The notes under the pieces: model-generated | What the model was told of the DNA's origin: nothing | Seen by the model: the letters and a program-made list of their open reading frames with translations, nothing else | The model's database searches: none | Source of the DNA: Eledone cirrhosa | Lineage: Eukaryota | Direction of reading: 5' to 3' | Assembly (NCBI GenBank): GCA_964016885.1 | Contig: OZ024742.1 | Location: forward strand, 54,312,001 to 54,376,000 | Length of the DNA stretch: 64,000 nt | Shown here: positions 41,816-55,800 of the stretch, one piece after another | Layout: each line of letters starts with the position of its first letter | Numbering within the stretch: position 1 is the first letter of the stretch | Made by a program: the position numbers and the translations under genes

Positions 41816-43259
41816 ATGGGACCCGGCCATCAGGTGGGCTTCTAAACAGATTCCGTCAACGCAATTTTATTCATGATGCTCGGATCGTCAATATTTCTTA
41901 ACACGAACGTGATATCGAACCTAGAACCTAATAATTTCGAAGCACATTTCTGAATCATTTAGCTATGCTAATTTCCCTAAACGTAAAGAGGATCACATTC
42001 AACTCACTGATAGCCATTTTATAAAATTGAATTATTACCAGTTTAGCAGCTAACAATTACAGACAAGCCTGGCGTTATCATTGGGTTTAGCTCCAACATA
42101 CGCTCTATACCAATTCTTTAGTTCTGAAATTGAATGTAGATAGACAGTTGGTATTATAATATCAGAATTTTTAGAGTATCGGACAAAGAAATTTGTGGTG
42201 TGATAGCGATGGAGTGATATCCTGATTTAACATGTTACTGCTTATCAATGGCACGTGGCCTGCCTGTTGGGTGGAAAGAGAAATACGATTAAATCAACCA
42301 CAGTATTGAATCTTTGTGTTATCGGCCCCCAGACCGACGAAAGGAAAAATTGACCCCGACAATCATTGAATTGTGCCAGTAATGAGCCACATTTAACTTA
42401 GGTACTATTACAATATATAAATCGCCATAGATGCAGAGTAAAATATATATTCTATTTGTATATCCATCAGTCACCATAAATTGTAAATATTCATAAATTG
42501 TAAATATATTTTATATGCAAACCAATTTATTTTATGGTCAATATGTTCGCATGGATGCAGGTTTATAGCTATGTCGTTTTATCGCATACATGTGGATATC
42601 TCTTTGTCTATGTAAACATTTTTTGAAATGTGGAGAAGAGCTATTTATTAAATTATCAATTTAAAAGTTGAAATAAATAAACTATTGTTTGTGCGACTTA
42701 GATATATGAATTCGTAAAATCTTTCTCCTAGTTCACTAAACGCCACTTAAAACTAGCAATTAGTTTCATTTAATTTATTATCTCTGCTCCGTGCATAATT
42801 CATTTACAGATGCTCGGGGCTTCTGACGGTTAAATGGAATAGTAATTCATTTTCATTATCTTATATCTAATATGTGCTGTCAATTACAATTGTCCATCAC
42901 TTTACATGTCATTTATCTTAGAATTTAAAATAATTTATAGGGAATGAGGTGAAGAAACGCGAAATAATAACGATCGCTTTATTGTTATAATTTTTCCAGT
43001 ATGCTGCGCGAAAGATATTAAAACTTACAATTTAAAAATTATTTTAAAACACACATTTAACTAAAATACAATTTTAAAAAATCAAACAAACCCATTCCTC
43101 TTAGTATGTCTGGCAGTAATAAAGGAACACTAGACCTACAGCTAAATATATGATAAATATTCAATAAAAGTACACTTTCAGTTGTAACTAGAGCAATATA
43201 TGCATTCTAAAACTTCTTGGTATCAATCCAACTATATCCCTTCATCCCCCTCTCTCTGT

Positions 43260-43300
<41 letters not shown>

Positions 43301-44204
43301 ATTATATACACATGTCACTTCTATCTCTTTCTCTATCGCTCTCCTTATCCTGCCACCTCTCTCTCTCTTTATATATATATATATATATATGTGTGTGTAT
43401 GTATGTATATGTGAGTGTCTGTGTCTAAGTCCGTGTGTAGTGTCACGAGTTTATGTAGATTAGATAAAGGAAAAGGAACGTTATATGCTACTAAATTTTG
43501 AGACCGTTTATCTGCTAGCATCACTTGCAGATATATGCTCTCTAAGTCCTTTGAATTAAACAAGATTTGTAAGTATGTAAGTAGGCATGAAAATCTGTTC
43601 TCTACTACGCCCGTACGTTATTGTCATATGAAAAAAATTCATTATAATGCCCAAAGTTGAGGCTATTCTCTGTAGAAATTCAACATGTCAAATGGCGGAA
43701 TGAAAAATAAGAATTGTACGTGCGTGTCAGCTTGTGTGTGAGTAGTTGATAGTGTATGTACGCATGGATGCAGGCGGGCGTTTATTTAGTTTGTATAAAT
43801 ATATTTTATTTATTTATTCGTGTTTGATCTGTGGTATTGACAAAAGAAAGCTAATGTGGGAAGACTTGTAACTTGCGGGACTTATTTGTCGCACGAAAGT
43901 CTAGATGGCCACTCAGTGGAATTTGTTTAGTTCCTTGGATCTTGAATCCATTGCCGATGAATAATAGTTTTGTTTCTGGGGATAAGTTTTCTTATATGTC
44001 TATTTGTGTATGTGTCTTAGATTTTATGTCTTCCTCTTTGTTGAATTACGTCAGTCATTTTGTGGAATATTTTGTATTTATTTTATATTGAGGATACTTC
44101 AGTCGTTACTTCCAATCGAGTATGTCTTGGTACCATATATAGTGTTCTTAGCCCTCCCTCTCATGATCCAGAGGAATATGCAAATGTAACACCAGGAAAT
44201 GAAA

Positions 44205-44350
44205 ACAAATTGTACCAGCACATGGTTGGTACTCTCTTTTTCGACCTGGAAGGATGAAAGGCAAGCTGGAACCTGATGGGTTTGAACATAGAACGCATAG
44301 ACCCGGAATAAATACTCAAAACTCTAGCTAGTGACCGTGCCAAATCCTTC
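44205..44350 (+). mobile_element. Old cephalopod SINE-like fragment (related relic at about 42283-42370)
   Basis: TGGTACT...TCGACC-GGAAGGATGAAAGGCAAG...TTTGAAC motif. Confidence 0.5.
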
Positions 44351-44889
44351 CAAAACCTAATCAGTAATTCATTATCTTGATATTATTTACAAAATATCTT
44401 AATCCGAAATAATAGTTAAAATAGATTCAGCATATCTAATGCGCTGATCATTAACTTGGAAATATAATTAAACTACAGTATCAGATAACGAGTAATATTA
44501 ATTCGACTAAAGAAATAACGACAGTAATTGTAAGTCATCTCAGTAACTTATTATCTATGTCGTTATCAGTAAAATTAACGTTTTACAAAATTTGGCAGAG
44601 CTAATTAGAATATATAAAAAACTAAATGAGTCACTGTTAGAAATGTATTGTGAGTGATTATCGACTGTGTGTCCCCCTCGTCACATAATTATGTACAATT
44701 CATTTTGGACTGCCCATTCTAATAAATATATTAACACTAATATACCTATAAATTGTTTGAATACAAGTAAGACTGCAAATAGTTTATTCCTTCTATACAC
44801 ACATTCATGTCTGAGGAATTTTGGTGTTTACTCCGCAAATACTTGGTTCTGGTTTCAGCTATCTTGAGTAAGTGTATTATAATGCAGTC

Positions 44890-44928
<39 letters not shown>

Positions 44929-45974
44929 CTGTATTTATGGTTACGTTTGTGTATATATCTGGGGTTTTGTTTGCAACATAGCTGTCTGACAAAAATAGAT
45001 CGATAAAATGAATAACAGACTTGAAAATATGTAAATATTAATATTAAGATCATTGAATAAAAATGTCCCCAGCATGATGGCACTCTAATGACTGAAACCA
45101 CAAAAAGTATATACAAATATAAGTATTTAAAAACCCTCTATCCATATTAAGTCTGTCTTCTATGTTTTAAAGCTCAAGACATTTCTAATTCTCAGGTGAA
45201 TGTTTATGTGATCAGAAGATTTAAGGCTACTTTCATGCAACAATGAGAAGATACAAATACGGATCACTTTTACGCACAACGCAGATTATCGATTTTTCTA
45301 AGAAGAAACAAAATCTTTATTTAACTTTCATTCGTCAGCCCAAATGTCTGCTCGACAAAATAAAGTGTTACAGCTGTTTAAACAAATTGGATCCACACAC
45401 CCAGACAAACATACACACGCAGGCATAAATACATACAACAAACAAACACGCCCGTGTGCGTGCACACACGCAATGACAAATATGCAAACATACATGCATC
45501 TTTCTTCTATAGTGATTTAAGAAATAACTACAGAAATAAGATAGAAGAATGAATAACAAAGAATAATAAAATAGTGTCAACGAAATTTTTTATCGATCTC
45601 TTTGCTTCAAACAAGGCTATATAACTAAACATGTTCAGCGAAAATTGTACTTCGGCAATAACCATTAACAAAAACAATACACTTACACCCAAGAAGCAGT
45701 TAAGAGTAAGGTGAGGCGGAGGAGTGTGGAGGTGGAGGGGACGGTGGAGGGGTGAAGGTCAAGGTAACGTTGGAGGGCGCGCAGGTTGTTGGTGTGGGAG
45801 AATGACGGTGTAAAGGGATTTTATGTCTAGGGTGAAGAGGGGGGGGGGGCTGTGGAAAGGTGAAGGATTCGAAAAGGCGAAGGGCGTGGTACGTGTCGGA
45901 AATGTGGGAGGCGAAGGCGGTGAAAAGGGGGGCGATGATAAGTCGAGGAAGGCAGAGAGTAGTTCGGTATATAT

Positions 45975-47125
45975 ATTTCAAATCCAAACTAGAAATTTTA
46001 CCTTTCAAAATAATTACCCTCTCCATGCACTCCATCATTACGGCACTCTCGATGGCTTCCATGTCCGAAAAACGGGACCCCTTGATAACCCTCTTGAGCT
46101 TGGAGAAAAGGAAAAGAATTCACACGGTGCCAGGTCCGGTACATAGTGAGGTTGCTCAAGCACGGCGATGTTCCCGGCCATCGACAGACAGTTGTTCAAG
46201 GCATTGTGAACCAGCGCGTTGTGGTGTTGAAGAAACCACAAGTTGTCCAGCCCCAATTCCCCTTTTTGTTTCGCGCACTGAACCATGCAAACGCCGCAGT
46301 AACTCTTCATATACATGCTGGCTGATTGTCTAACCCTGTGGCAAAGACACTATATGGACGATGCCACCCATACCGAAAAAAGCAATCAACATGAATTTGA
46401 CTTTTGACTTCGACTCTCTTGCTTCTTCGGTCTCGGCAACTCCGGACTATTCTGCAGAAGGCTCAGGCACTTATTCTTCTGGTCGTACTCGAGGTTCCAT
46501 GACTCATCACCGGTGATAGCTCTCCTCAACAAGTCTGGTTCGGTTTCAAGACGTCGAGGATGTCCTGACACACCTGCCATGAGCCGTTCCTTCTGGTCCT
46601 CGTTCAACATCTTCGGCACCATCTTCGAGCAGATTTGCTACAAGACCAAATATTCGGTGATAATCTTCTAAACGCTGTTGCAATTCATGCGTTAAGTTAA
46701 ACTGTCAGCCGACGATTGCCTCGCACCATCCGGCTCACGCGCTAAACATTGGCCACATTCTCGTTCTTTAAATGCCTTCCGCCCCTTTAAATATTTTGTA
46801 TTACTCGGAAGCCCGTCGGCACGATATCCCCCTCATCGCCGTACACCTGCTACACTATACCGCGTGCTTCTAACGGAGTTTTCTCCAGTCGGAATAGAAA
46901 CTTCAGGCTGGTTCGTTACTCTGAGGCTATCGCACAACAGCCCAAAACTGAGGAATTGTTAACAAAACCATGCGAAAAAAACATGCAATGGCTGCAAAGC
47001 TGAAATCGCAGTTATGTACTTCCCGGACATGTCTCGTCAAAGTGACGCTATACGCTAATCCCTACTTCGCTCATAGCTCACACAGCACACTAAGTCCTGT
47101 TACGTTTCTGACAAACTTCCTTTAA
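45975..47125 (-). mobile_element. Mariner transposon relic
   Basis: MVPKMLNEDQKERLM, AITGDESW..EYD and WFLQHHNALVH...PDLAPCEFF. Confidence 0.88.
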
Positions 47126-47159
47126 ACATACATACATATGAATATACATATATAAATCG

Positions 47160-47214
<55 letters not shown>

Positions 47215-47340
47215 CCCCCCCCAAAAAAAGAGTATCAGTGTTGCGACGAATGGAATTTATTGGACATATTACAATCATTTCTCATGCTCAATGCTTGGGT
47301 TATCAGGGTTAAATATTAGGGAAAAAATATTTCTTTGAAA

Positions 47341-49026
47341 AATTAAGATATGTTGGGTTTGTCAATTCAGTATAAATGGTGCCGTGTTTAGGTGTGAATA
47401 TGATAGACTATTGGTAAAGTCATTAAAGACTGCACACAGGTATACCTAATGTAAAGGGACATGGTGGATTCGAATTTGAAGGCCTAGAAAAATAATGTCA
47501 ATTTGGCTCGAAGTTGTAGCCTCGAAGTGGACAGTTGACAGGGTTACGACAGTCGCAATATTTGTTGTTGTCACCTCTAAGGTGGTGAGGGCTGGTGTTA
47601 ATCCTATTACTTGTATTATCACTATCACCATAACTGTCATTATTGTGGTTGGCGCTATTATAGCTATAATCATGCGAAATAGTGATATTTCTATTTCTCG
47701 TGTAATAGCGTCTTCTACAGCCGTTGTTATAGTTGCTATGGCTTCTAAGCCTGTCGTCGGTCACACTACTGGCGCTGCGATAAATTTCTAAGGTGGCGTT
47801 ATTGTGCATGCTACTATTAACACTAAGATTCCTGTCCTGGTTACTAATATCGTTATCATGCGGGGCGACAGAATTTCTTAAGGTTGACCGAGTTGTCATA
47901 TTCCCTAAAATGCTTATTACAGGCATGTTGTATTCTCGTGAGCTTACTGTGGTTGCTTATTGCTATGAGGTCGGCTAGATTAGGTGTAGTAGAATAAGAA
48001 ATCTTGACGTTAATCGTATTGAGAATTTTTCGGTATCTGTGGTTAGGTGGGAAGCTCCTCTCTAAGGCGTCGAAAAAGATTCAGGGTAAATTGGAAGCCA
48101 CACTCCGCTAGTAGGGAGCACATTACGCCGGAGTGTATGCGTTGTTCTGGGGTTATTGCGGAGGTTTTTGCCATAGTGGGTGCCCCTATCAAGGCGGGAG
48201 GGGTGCTGACTAATGTGTGCTCTGTTAGAAACGTTATCTATAGATGCACAGTTACAAGTTTTAATAGTGTTAAGTCATACATGGAGCTACTTCAGGGGAG
48301 TTCAAGACTAGATTTCGAGCGCATCTCCACTCTTTTAGGAATAGGAACCTTAGATACTCTACATTCCCGCTAATTATATTAACCAATTAACTGACTCTAA
48401 CATTAGCTACACCACCCAATGGGAAATTGTGAACCAAGCAACACCTTATAATTTCAAAAAAAGCTGCTAGCTCTGCCTAATCTAACTGTATTATATAGTA
48501 CAAGCACCCCAAGAACTGATAAATAGTGGGGCCGAAACTGTCATCAATTGCGGCCACTGACTACAACAATCTTTCTACAGATGGACCCCTGCAACTGAAT
48601 AACCACTATAATACCTGAGGCTCTCTACAGCGCACCCGGCCTGACTTACCGGCGCTAGATTTACTATTAAACAACGTGGAATAACACCATCATCCACCCT
48701 CTCTTTTCCCACCAGGGAGATGCATAGCGTATATATAGTCGGGCCTACCCCGCTATATTCTTCTCCTTGGCCGGACCGGGTTAAAGTAATCTTACGAACC
48801 TGCTGCCTAAACCCGAATAACTTCTTAGATAATTGATCATATGAACATACAACTTCGATCCAAATTGACATTATTTTTCTAGGCCTTCAAATTCGAAGCC
48901 AACGTTCCCCCTTACATTAGGTATACCTGTTTGCAGTCTTTAACGACTTTACCAATAGTTTATCATATTCACACCTAAACACGGCACCATTTATACTGAG
49001 TTGACAAACCCCACATATGTTAAGTT
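47341..49026. mobile_element. Unclassified element with ~180-bp inverted repeats (47341-47519 / 48849-49026); partial third copy at 49859-49991
   Basis: Direct reverse-complement match. The interior has no recognisable domain. Confidence 0.65.
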
Positions 49027-49346
49027 AAAAAAAAAAATGTTTCCATAGCTGGTGCTGGTCATAAGTTATACAGTAAACTTTATACTGGCACCGGCAATTA
49101 CCTCCCTTGGCAAACTATACTCCTTTCAGCGTGCTTATACAAATAATATTTGAAATTACTATGCATGGCGATGTAAATTTATTATTTTACATTCTTAGGG
49201 TCTGTAATTAAAAACTTTGCTTTTAATATCTGCCTCCGATGAGCGCCCATGGGCGTAGAACGTGTTAGAACTATATAAAGGTATGCTTTAACGGCTTGTA
49301 AATCTTTCATTCACTAATTCTTTTGCTTATATATATATACATATAT

Positions 49347-49420
<74 letters not shown>

Positions 49421-49776
49421 CATTCAAATAACCTCTACCGACCAATCAAAATTGTTTTGACCACAAGAATTTTTGCAACACGAATTGGAGCGAAACTTAT
49501 TTTAATACATCTGGAGCCACTTTTTTCACATAAAACAGGTAGAATTTCCAAAACTAATCAGATTAGAGCAAACATCACGGGCGCTCTATCTCAAAATTAT
49601 TTTGAAAAGCATTAGAAATGCGCAACAATGAATACTAACCAATACTATTACTAATTTTTACTTATTCCTAATTAAACTATTTTTAACTGGGAACAATTTG
49701 TCAGCATTTTCTTTTCCGTTTACCAATATATCATAACTCGTGTGTTACACCTCTATTCTTTTAAATATATGTATAT

Positions 49777-49847
<71 letters not shown>

Positions 49848-50029
49848 GTTTCTGAATTTGTGAATATGATAGAATATTGGTAGAGTCATTAAATACTGCA
49901 CACAGGTATACCTAATGTAAGAGGACACGTTGGTTTCGAACTTGAAGGCCTAGAAAAATAATGTCAATTTGGATCGAAGTTGTAGCCTCGGAGTAATACA
50001 TACCCTTTTCAAAGACCTCTCTGTATAGA

Positions 50030-50648
50030 TAAGAAATGCATAATCTGTAAACTAAGCTCCCACATTAACTGTAAAACTAGAAATGTAGTATATAGCAGTA
50101 TAGTATTGAAGGACAATGTAAAGATAAGAATATAGTGTACATAGTTGAGACAGCTCGTAGTATAGGAGAACGGTTAAATGAACACTGGCGAGAGCTTCAA
50201 GATAAAAAAGAATCACCAATACACCACCAACATGCTAAAATAGAACATAAGGGCAAATTAGAGAACATAGAAATAAAAATAGAATCTACACCCAGAAAAG
50301 ATGCAATGTTTAAACAAATCACATAGGCAATAAACATAAATGAACTCCAACCCAAATTAAATAGAAAACATGAATGGAATAGCAACATGACAACTTACAC
50401 AACACACCCAAAAACGAGATGGCGTAGGACGGAACAAAGGAGAGGGACAAAACAAAGAAAAGAATCCCCAGTCACTGAAGAGGTCACAGAATGTGTGACG
50501 AAGAACTTTGACAATATATGAACAACCGTCCGGTTGTGGAACCAACCAACCAACCAACCGGAAATTTATAAATTTAATTTATAATAAATTGGAGTGAAAG
50601 CAACTGGTGCGTGTGTTTCTTATTGGCAACATGACCCTCCCAAAGTAT

Positions 50649-50650
<2 letters not shown>
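50030..50650 (+). pseudogene. Penelope-like GIY-YIG 3' fragment followed by family D pLTR
   Basis: NCKTRNVVY...YIVETARSIGERLNEH...HAKIEH...QPKLNRKHEW. Confidence 0.85.
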
Positions 50651-50700
<50 letters not shown>

Positions 50701-50703
<3 letters not shown>

Positions 50704-52890
50704 TATAGACATAGAATATTCGAAAATATTCTGTATGTTTATAATAAACATTTTGAAGACCTAATCGCTATAGAATAGAATACGTCACGTATTACAATTA
50801 GATTCTCGATAAAAGCAAGGGAAGTAATCTACGCGTTTCATTCTCGTTAGAAATCATCAGGACTACATATCCAGTGCTTTTATCGAGAATGACACAGCTA
50901 GAGACTTATAGAATACTTAGCTGTGTACAGGAACTGGTTTGAAAGAGCGGTTGCCGGTCCGGCAGAAATTAGAAATTGGAATAAATGCTCTGAAATAGCG
51001 ATATATATGTGAATATAGACATAGAATATTCGAAAATATTCTGTATGTTTATAATAAACATTTTGAAGACCTAATCGCTATAGAATAGAATACGTCACGT
51101 ATTACAATTAGATTCTCGATAAAAGCAAGGGAAGTAATCTACGCGTTTCATTCTCGTTAGAAATCATCAGGACTACATATCCAGTGCTTTTATCGAGAAT
51201 GACACAGCTAGAGACTTATAGAATACTTAGCTGTGTACAGGAACTGGTTTGAAAGAGCGGTTGCCGGTCCGGCAGAAATTAGAAATTGGAATAAATGCTC
51301 TGAAATAGCGATATATATGTGAATATAGACATAGAATATTCGAAAATATTCTGTATGTTTATAATAAACATTTTGAAGACCTAATCGCTATAGAATAGAA
51401 TACGTCACGTATTACAATTAGATTCTCGATAAAAGCAAGGGAAGTAATCTACGCGTTTCATTCTCGTTAGAAATCATCAGGACTACATATCCAGTGCTTT
51501 TATCGAGAATGACACAGCTAGAGACTTATAGAATACTTAGCTGTGTACAGGAACTGGTTTGAAAGAGCGGTTGCCGGTCCGGCAGAAATTAGAAATTGGA
51601 ATAAATGCTCTGAAATAGCGATATATATGTGAATATAGACATAGAATATTCGAAAATATTCTGTATGTTTATAATAAACATTTTGAAGACCTAATCGCTA
51701 TAGAATAGAATACGTCACGTATTACAATTAGATTCTCGATAAAAGCAAGGGAAGTAATCTACGCGTTTCATTCTCGTTAGAAATCATCAGGACTACATAT
51801 CCAGTGCTTTTATCGAGAATGACACAGCTAGAGACTTATAGAATACTTAGCTGTGTACAGGAACTGGTTTGAAAGAGCGGTTGCCGGTCCGGCAGAAATT
51901 AGAAATTGGAATAAATGCTCTGAAATAGCGATATATATGTGAATATAGACATAGAATATTCGAAAATATTCTGTATGTTTATAATAAACATTTTGAAGAC
52001 CTAATCGCTATAGAATAGAATACGTCACGTATTACAATTAGATTCTCGATAAAAGCAAGGGAAGTAATCTACGCGTTTCATTCTCGTTAGAAATCATCAG
52101 GACTACATATCCAGTGCTTTTATCGAGAATGACACAGCTAGAGACTTATAGAATACTTAGCTGTGTACAGGAACTGGTTTGAAAGAGCGGTTGCCGGTCC
52201 GGCAGAAATTAGAAATTGGAATAAATGCTCTGAAATAGCGATATATATGTGAATATAGACATAGAATATTCGAAAATATTCTGTATGTTTATAATAAACA
52301 TTTTGAAGACCTAATCGCTATAGAATAGAATACGTCACGTATTACAATTAGATTCTCGATAAAAGCAAGGGAAGTAATCTACGCGTTTCATTCTCGTTAG
52401 AAATCATCAGGACTACATATCCAGTGCTTTTATCGAGAATGACACAGCTAGAGACTTATAGAATACTTAGCTGTGTACAGGAACTGGTTTGAAAGAGCGG
52501 TTGCCGGTCCGGCAGAAATTAGAAATTGGAATAAATGCTCTGAAATAGCGATATATATGTGAATATAGACATAGAATATTCGAAAATATTCTGTATGTTT
52601 ATAATAAACATTTTGAAGACCTAATCGCTATAGAATAGAATACGTCACGTATTACAATTAGATTCTCGATAAAAGCAAGGGAAGTAATCTACGCGTTTCA
52701 TTCTCGTTAGAAATCATCAGGACTACATATCCAGTGCTTTTATCGAGAATGACACAGCTAGAGACTTATAGAATACTTAGCTGTGTACAGGAACTGGTTT
52801 GAAAGAGCGGTTGCCGGTCCGGCAGAAATTAGAAATTGGAATAAATGCTCTGAAATAGCGATATATATGTGAATATAGACATAGAATATT
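50701..52890 (-). repeat. 310-bp hammerhead-bearing tandem array, left arm (7 units + 20 bp)
   Basis: GAATATAGAC recurs at 50701, 51011, 51321, 51631, 51941, 52251, 52561 and 52871. The ribozyme motif is on the - strand. Confidence 0.97.
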
Positions 52891-55800
52891 ATTCCAATTT
52901 CTAATTTCTGCCGGACCGGCAACCGCTCTTTCAAACCAGTTCCTGTACACAGCTAAGTATTCTATAAGTCTCTAGCTGTGTCATTCTCGATAAAAGCACT
53001 GGATATGTAGTCCTGATGATTTTTAACGAGAATGAAACGCGTAGATTACTTCCCTTGCTTTTATCGAGAATCTAATTGTAATACGTGACGTATTCTATTC
53101 TATAGCGATTAGGTCTTCAAAATGTTTATTATAAACATACAGAATATTTTCGAATATTCTATGTCTATATTCACATATATATCGCTATTTCAGAGCATTT
53201 ATTCCAATTTCTAATTTCTGCCGGACCGGCAACCGCTCTTTCAAACCAGTTCCTGTACACAGCTAAGTATTCTATAAGTCTCTAGCTGTGTCATTCTCGA
53301 TAAAAGCACTGGATATGTAGTCCTGATGATTTCTAACGAGAATGAAACGCGTAGATTACTTCCCTTGCTTTTATCGAGAATCTAATTGTAATACGTGACG
53401 TATTCTATTCTATAGCGATTAGGTCTTCAAAATGTTTATTATAAACATACAGAATATTTTCGAATATTCTATGTCTATATTCACATATATATCGCTATTT
53501 CAGAGCATTTATTCCAATTTCTAATTTCTGCCGGACCGGCAACCGCTCTTTCAAACCAGTTCCTGTACACAGCTAAGTATTCTATAAGTCTCTAGCTGTG
53601 TCATTCTCGATAAAAGCACTGGATATGTAGTCCTGATGATTTCTAACGAGAATGAAACGCGTAGATTACTTCCCTTGCTTTTATCGAGAATCTAATTGTA
53701 ATACGTGACGTATTCTATTCTATAGCGATTAGGTCTTCAAAATGTTTATTATAAACATACAGAATATTTTCGAATATTCTATGTCTATATTCACATATAT
53801 ATCGCTATTTCAGAGCATTTATTCCAATTTCTAATTTCTGCCGGACCGGCAACCGCTCTTTCAAACCAGTTCCTGTACACAGCTAAGTATTCTATAAGTC
53901 TCTAGCTGTGTCATTCTCGATAAAAGCACTGGATATGTAGTCCTGATGATTTCTAACGAGAATGAAACGCGTAGATTACTTCCCTTGCTTTTATCGAGAA
54001 TCTAATTGTAATACGTGACGTATTCTATTCTATAGCGATTAGGTCTTCAAAATGTTTATTATAAACATACAGAATATTTTCGAATATTCTATGTCTATAT
54101 TCACATATATATCGCTATTTCAGAGCATTTATTCCAATTTCTAATTTCTGCCGGACCGGCAACCGCTCTTTCAAACCAGTTCCTGTACACAGCTAAGTAT
54201 TCTATAAGTCTCTAGCTGTGTCATTCTCGATAAAAGCACTGGATATGTAGTCCTGATGATTTCTAACGAGAATGAAACGCGTAGATTACTTCCCTTGCTT
54301 TTATCGAGAATCTAATTGTAATACGTGACGTATTCTATTCTATAGCGATTAGGTCTTCAAAATGTTTATTATAAACATACAGAATATTTTCGAATATTCT
54401 ATGTCTATATTCACATATATATCGCTATTTCAGAGCATTTATTCCAATTTCTAATTTCTGCCGGACCGGCAACCGCTCTTTCAAACCAGTTCCTGTACAC
54501 AGCTAAGTATTCTATAAGTCTCTAGCTGTGTCATTCTCGATAAAAGCACTGGATATGTAGTCCTGATGATTTCTAACGAGAATGAAACGCGTAGATTACT
54601 TCCCTTGCTTTTATCGAGAATCTAATTGTAATACGTGACGTATTCTATTCTATAGCGATTAGGTCTTCAAAATGTTTATTATAAACATACAGAATATTTT
54701 CGAATATTCTATGTCTATATTCACATATATATCGCTATTTCAGAGCATTTATTCCAATTTCTAATTTCTGCCGGACCGGCAACCGCTCTTTCAAACCAGT
54801 TCCTGTACACAGCTAAGTATTCTATAAGTCTCTAGCTGTGTCATTCTCGATAAAAGCACTGGATATGTAGTCCTGATGATTTCTAACGAGAATGAAACGC
54901 GTAGATTACTTCCCTTGCTTTTATCGAGAATCTAATTGTAATACGTGACGTATTCTATTCTATAGCGATTAGGTCTTCAAAATGTTTATTATAAACATAC
55001 AGAATATTTTCGAATATTCTATGTCTATATTCACATATATATCGCTATTTCAGAGCATTTATTCCAATTTCTAATTTCTGCCGGACCGGCAACCGCTCTT
55101 TCAAACCAGTTCCTGTACACAGCTAAGTATTCTATAAGTCTCTAGCTGTGTCATTCTCGATAAAAGCACTGGATATGTAGTCCTGATGATTTCTAACGAG
55201 AATGAAACGCGTAGATTACTTCCCTTGCTTTTATCGAGAATCTAATTGTAATACGTGACGTATTCTATTCTATAGCGATTAGGTCTTCAAAATGTTTATT
55301 ATAAACATACAGAATATTTTCGAATATTCTATGTCTATATTCACATATATATCGCTATTTCAGAGCATTTATTCCAATTTCTAATTTCTGCCGGACCGGC
55401 AACCGCTCTTTCAAACCAGTTCCTGTACACAGCTAAGTATTCTATAAGTCTCTAGCTGTGTCATTCTCGATAAAAGCACTGGATATGTAGTCCTGATGAT
55501 TTCTAACGAGAATGAAACGCGTAGATTACTTCCCTTGCTTTTATCGAGAATCTAATTGTAATACGTGACGTATTCTATTCTATAGCGATTAGGTCTTCAA
55601 AATGTTTATTATAAACATACAGAATATTTTCGAATATTCTATGTCTATATTCACATATATATCGCTATTTCAGAGCATTTATTCCAATTTCTAATTTCTG
55701 CCGGACCGGCAACCGCTCTTTCAAACCAGTTCCTGTACACAGCTAAGTATTCTATAAGTCTCTAGCTGTGTCATTCTCGATAAAAGCACTGGATATGTAG

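Noticed and set aside
42400-45650. Host exons in the less repetitive AT-rich stretch (also 60000-61400)
   Set aside because: No convincing coding frame or splice-bounded segment. Small exons cannot be excluded.
45700-46333. Pro-rich and Gly-rich ORFs
   Set aside because: A G-rich low-complexity tract plus antisense mariner sequence.
49232-49275. Hammerhead-like CCGATGA-GCGCCCatGGGCGT-AGAAC
   Set aside because: Both core segments are mutated and there is no convincing stem I.
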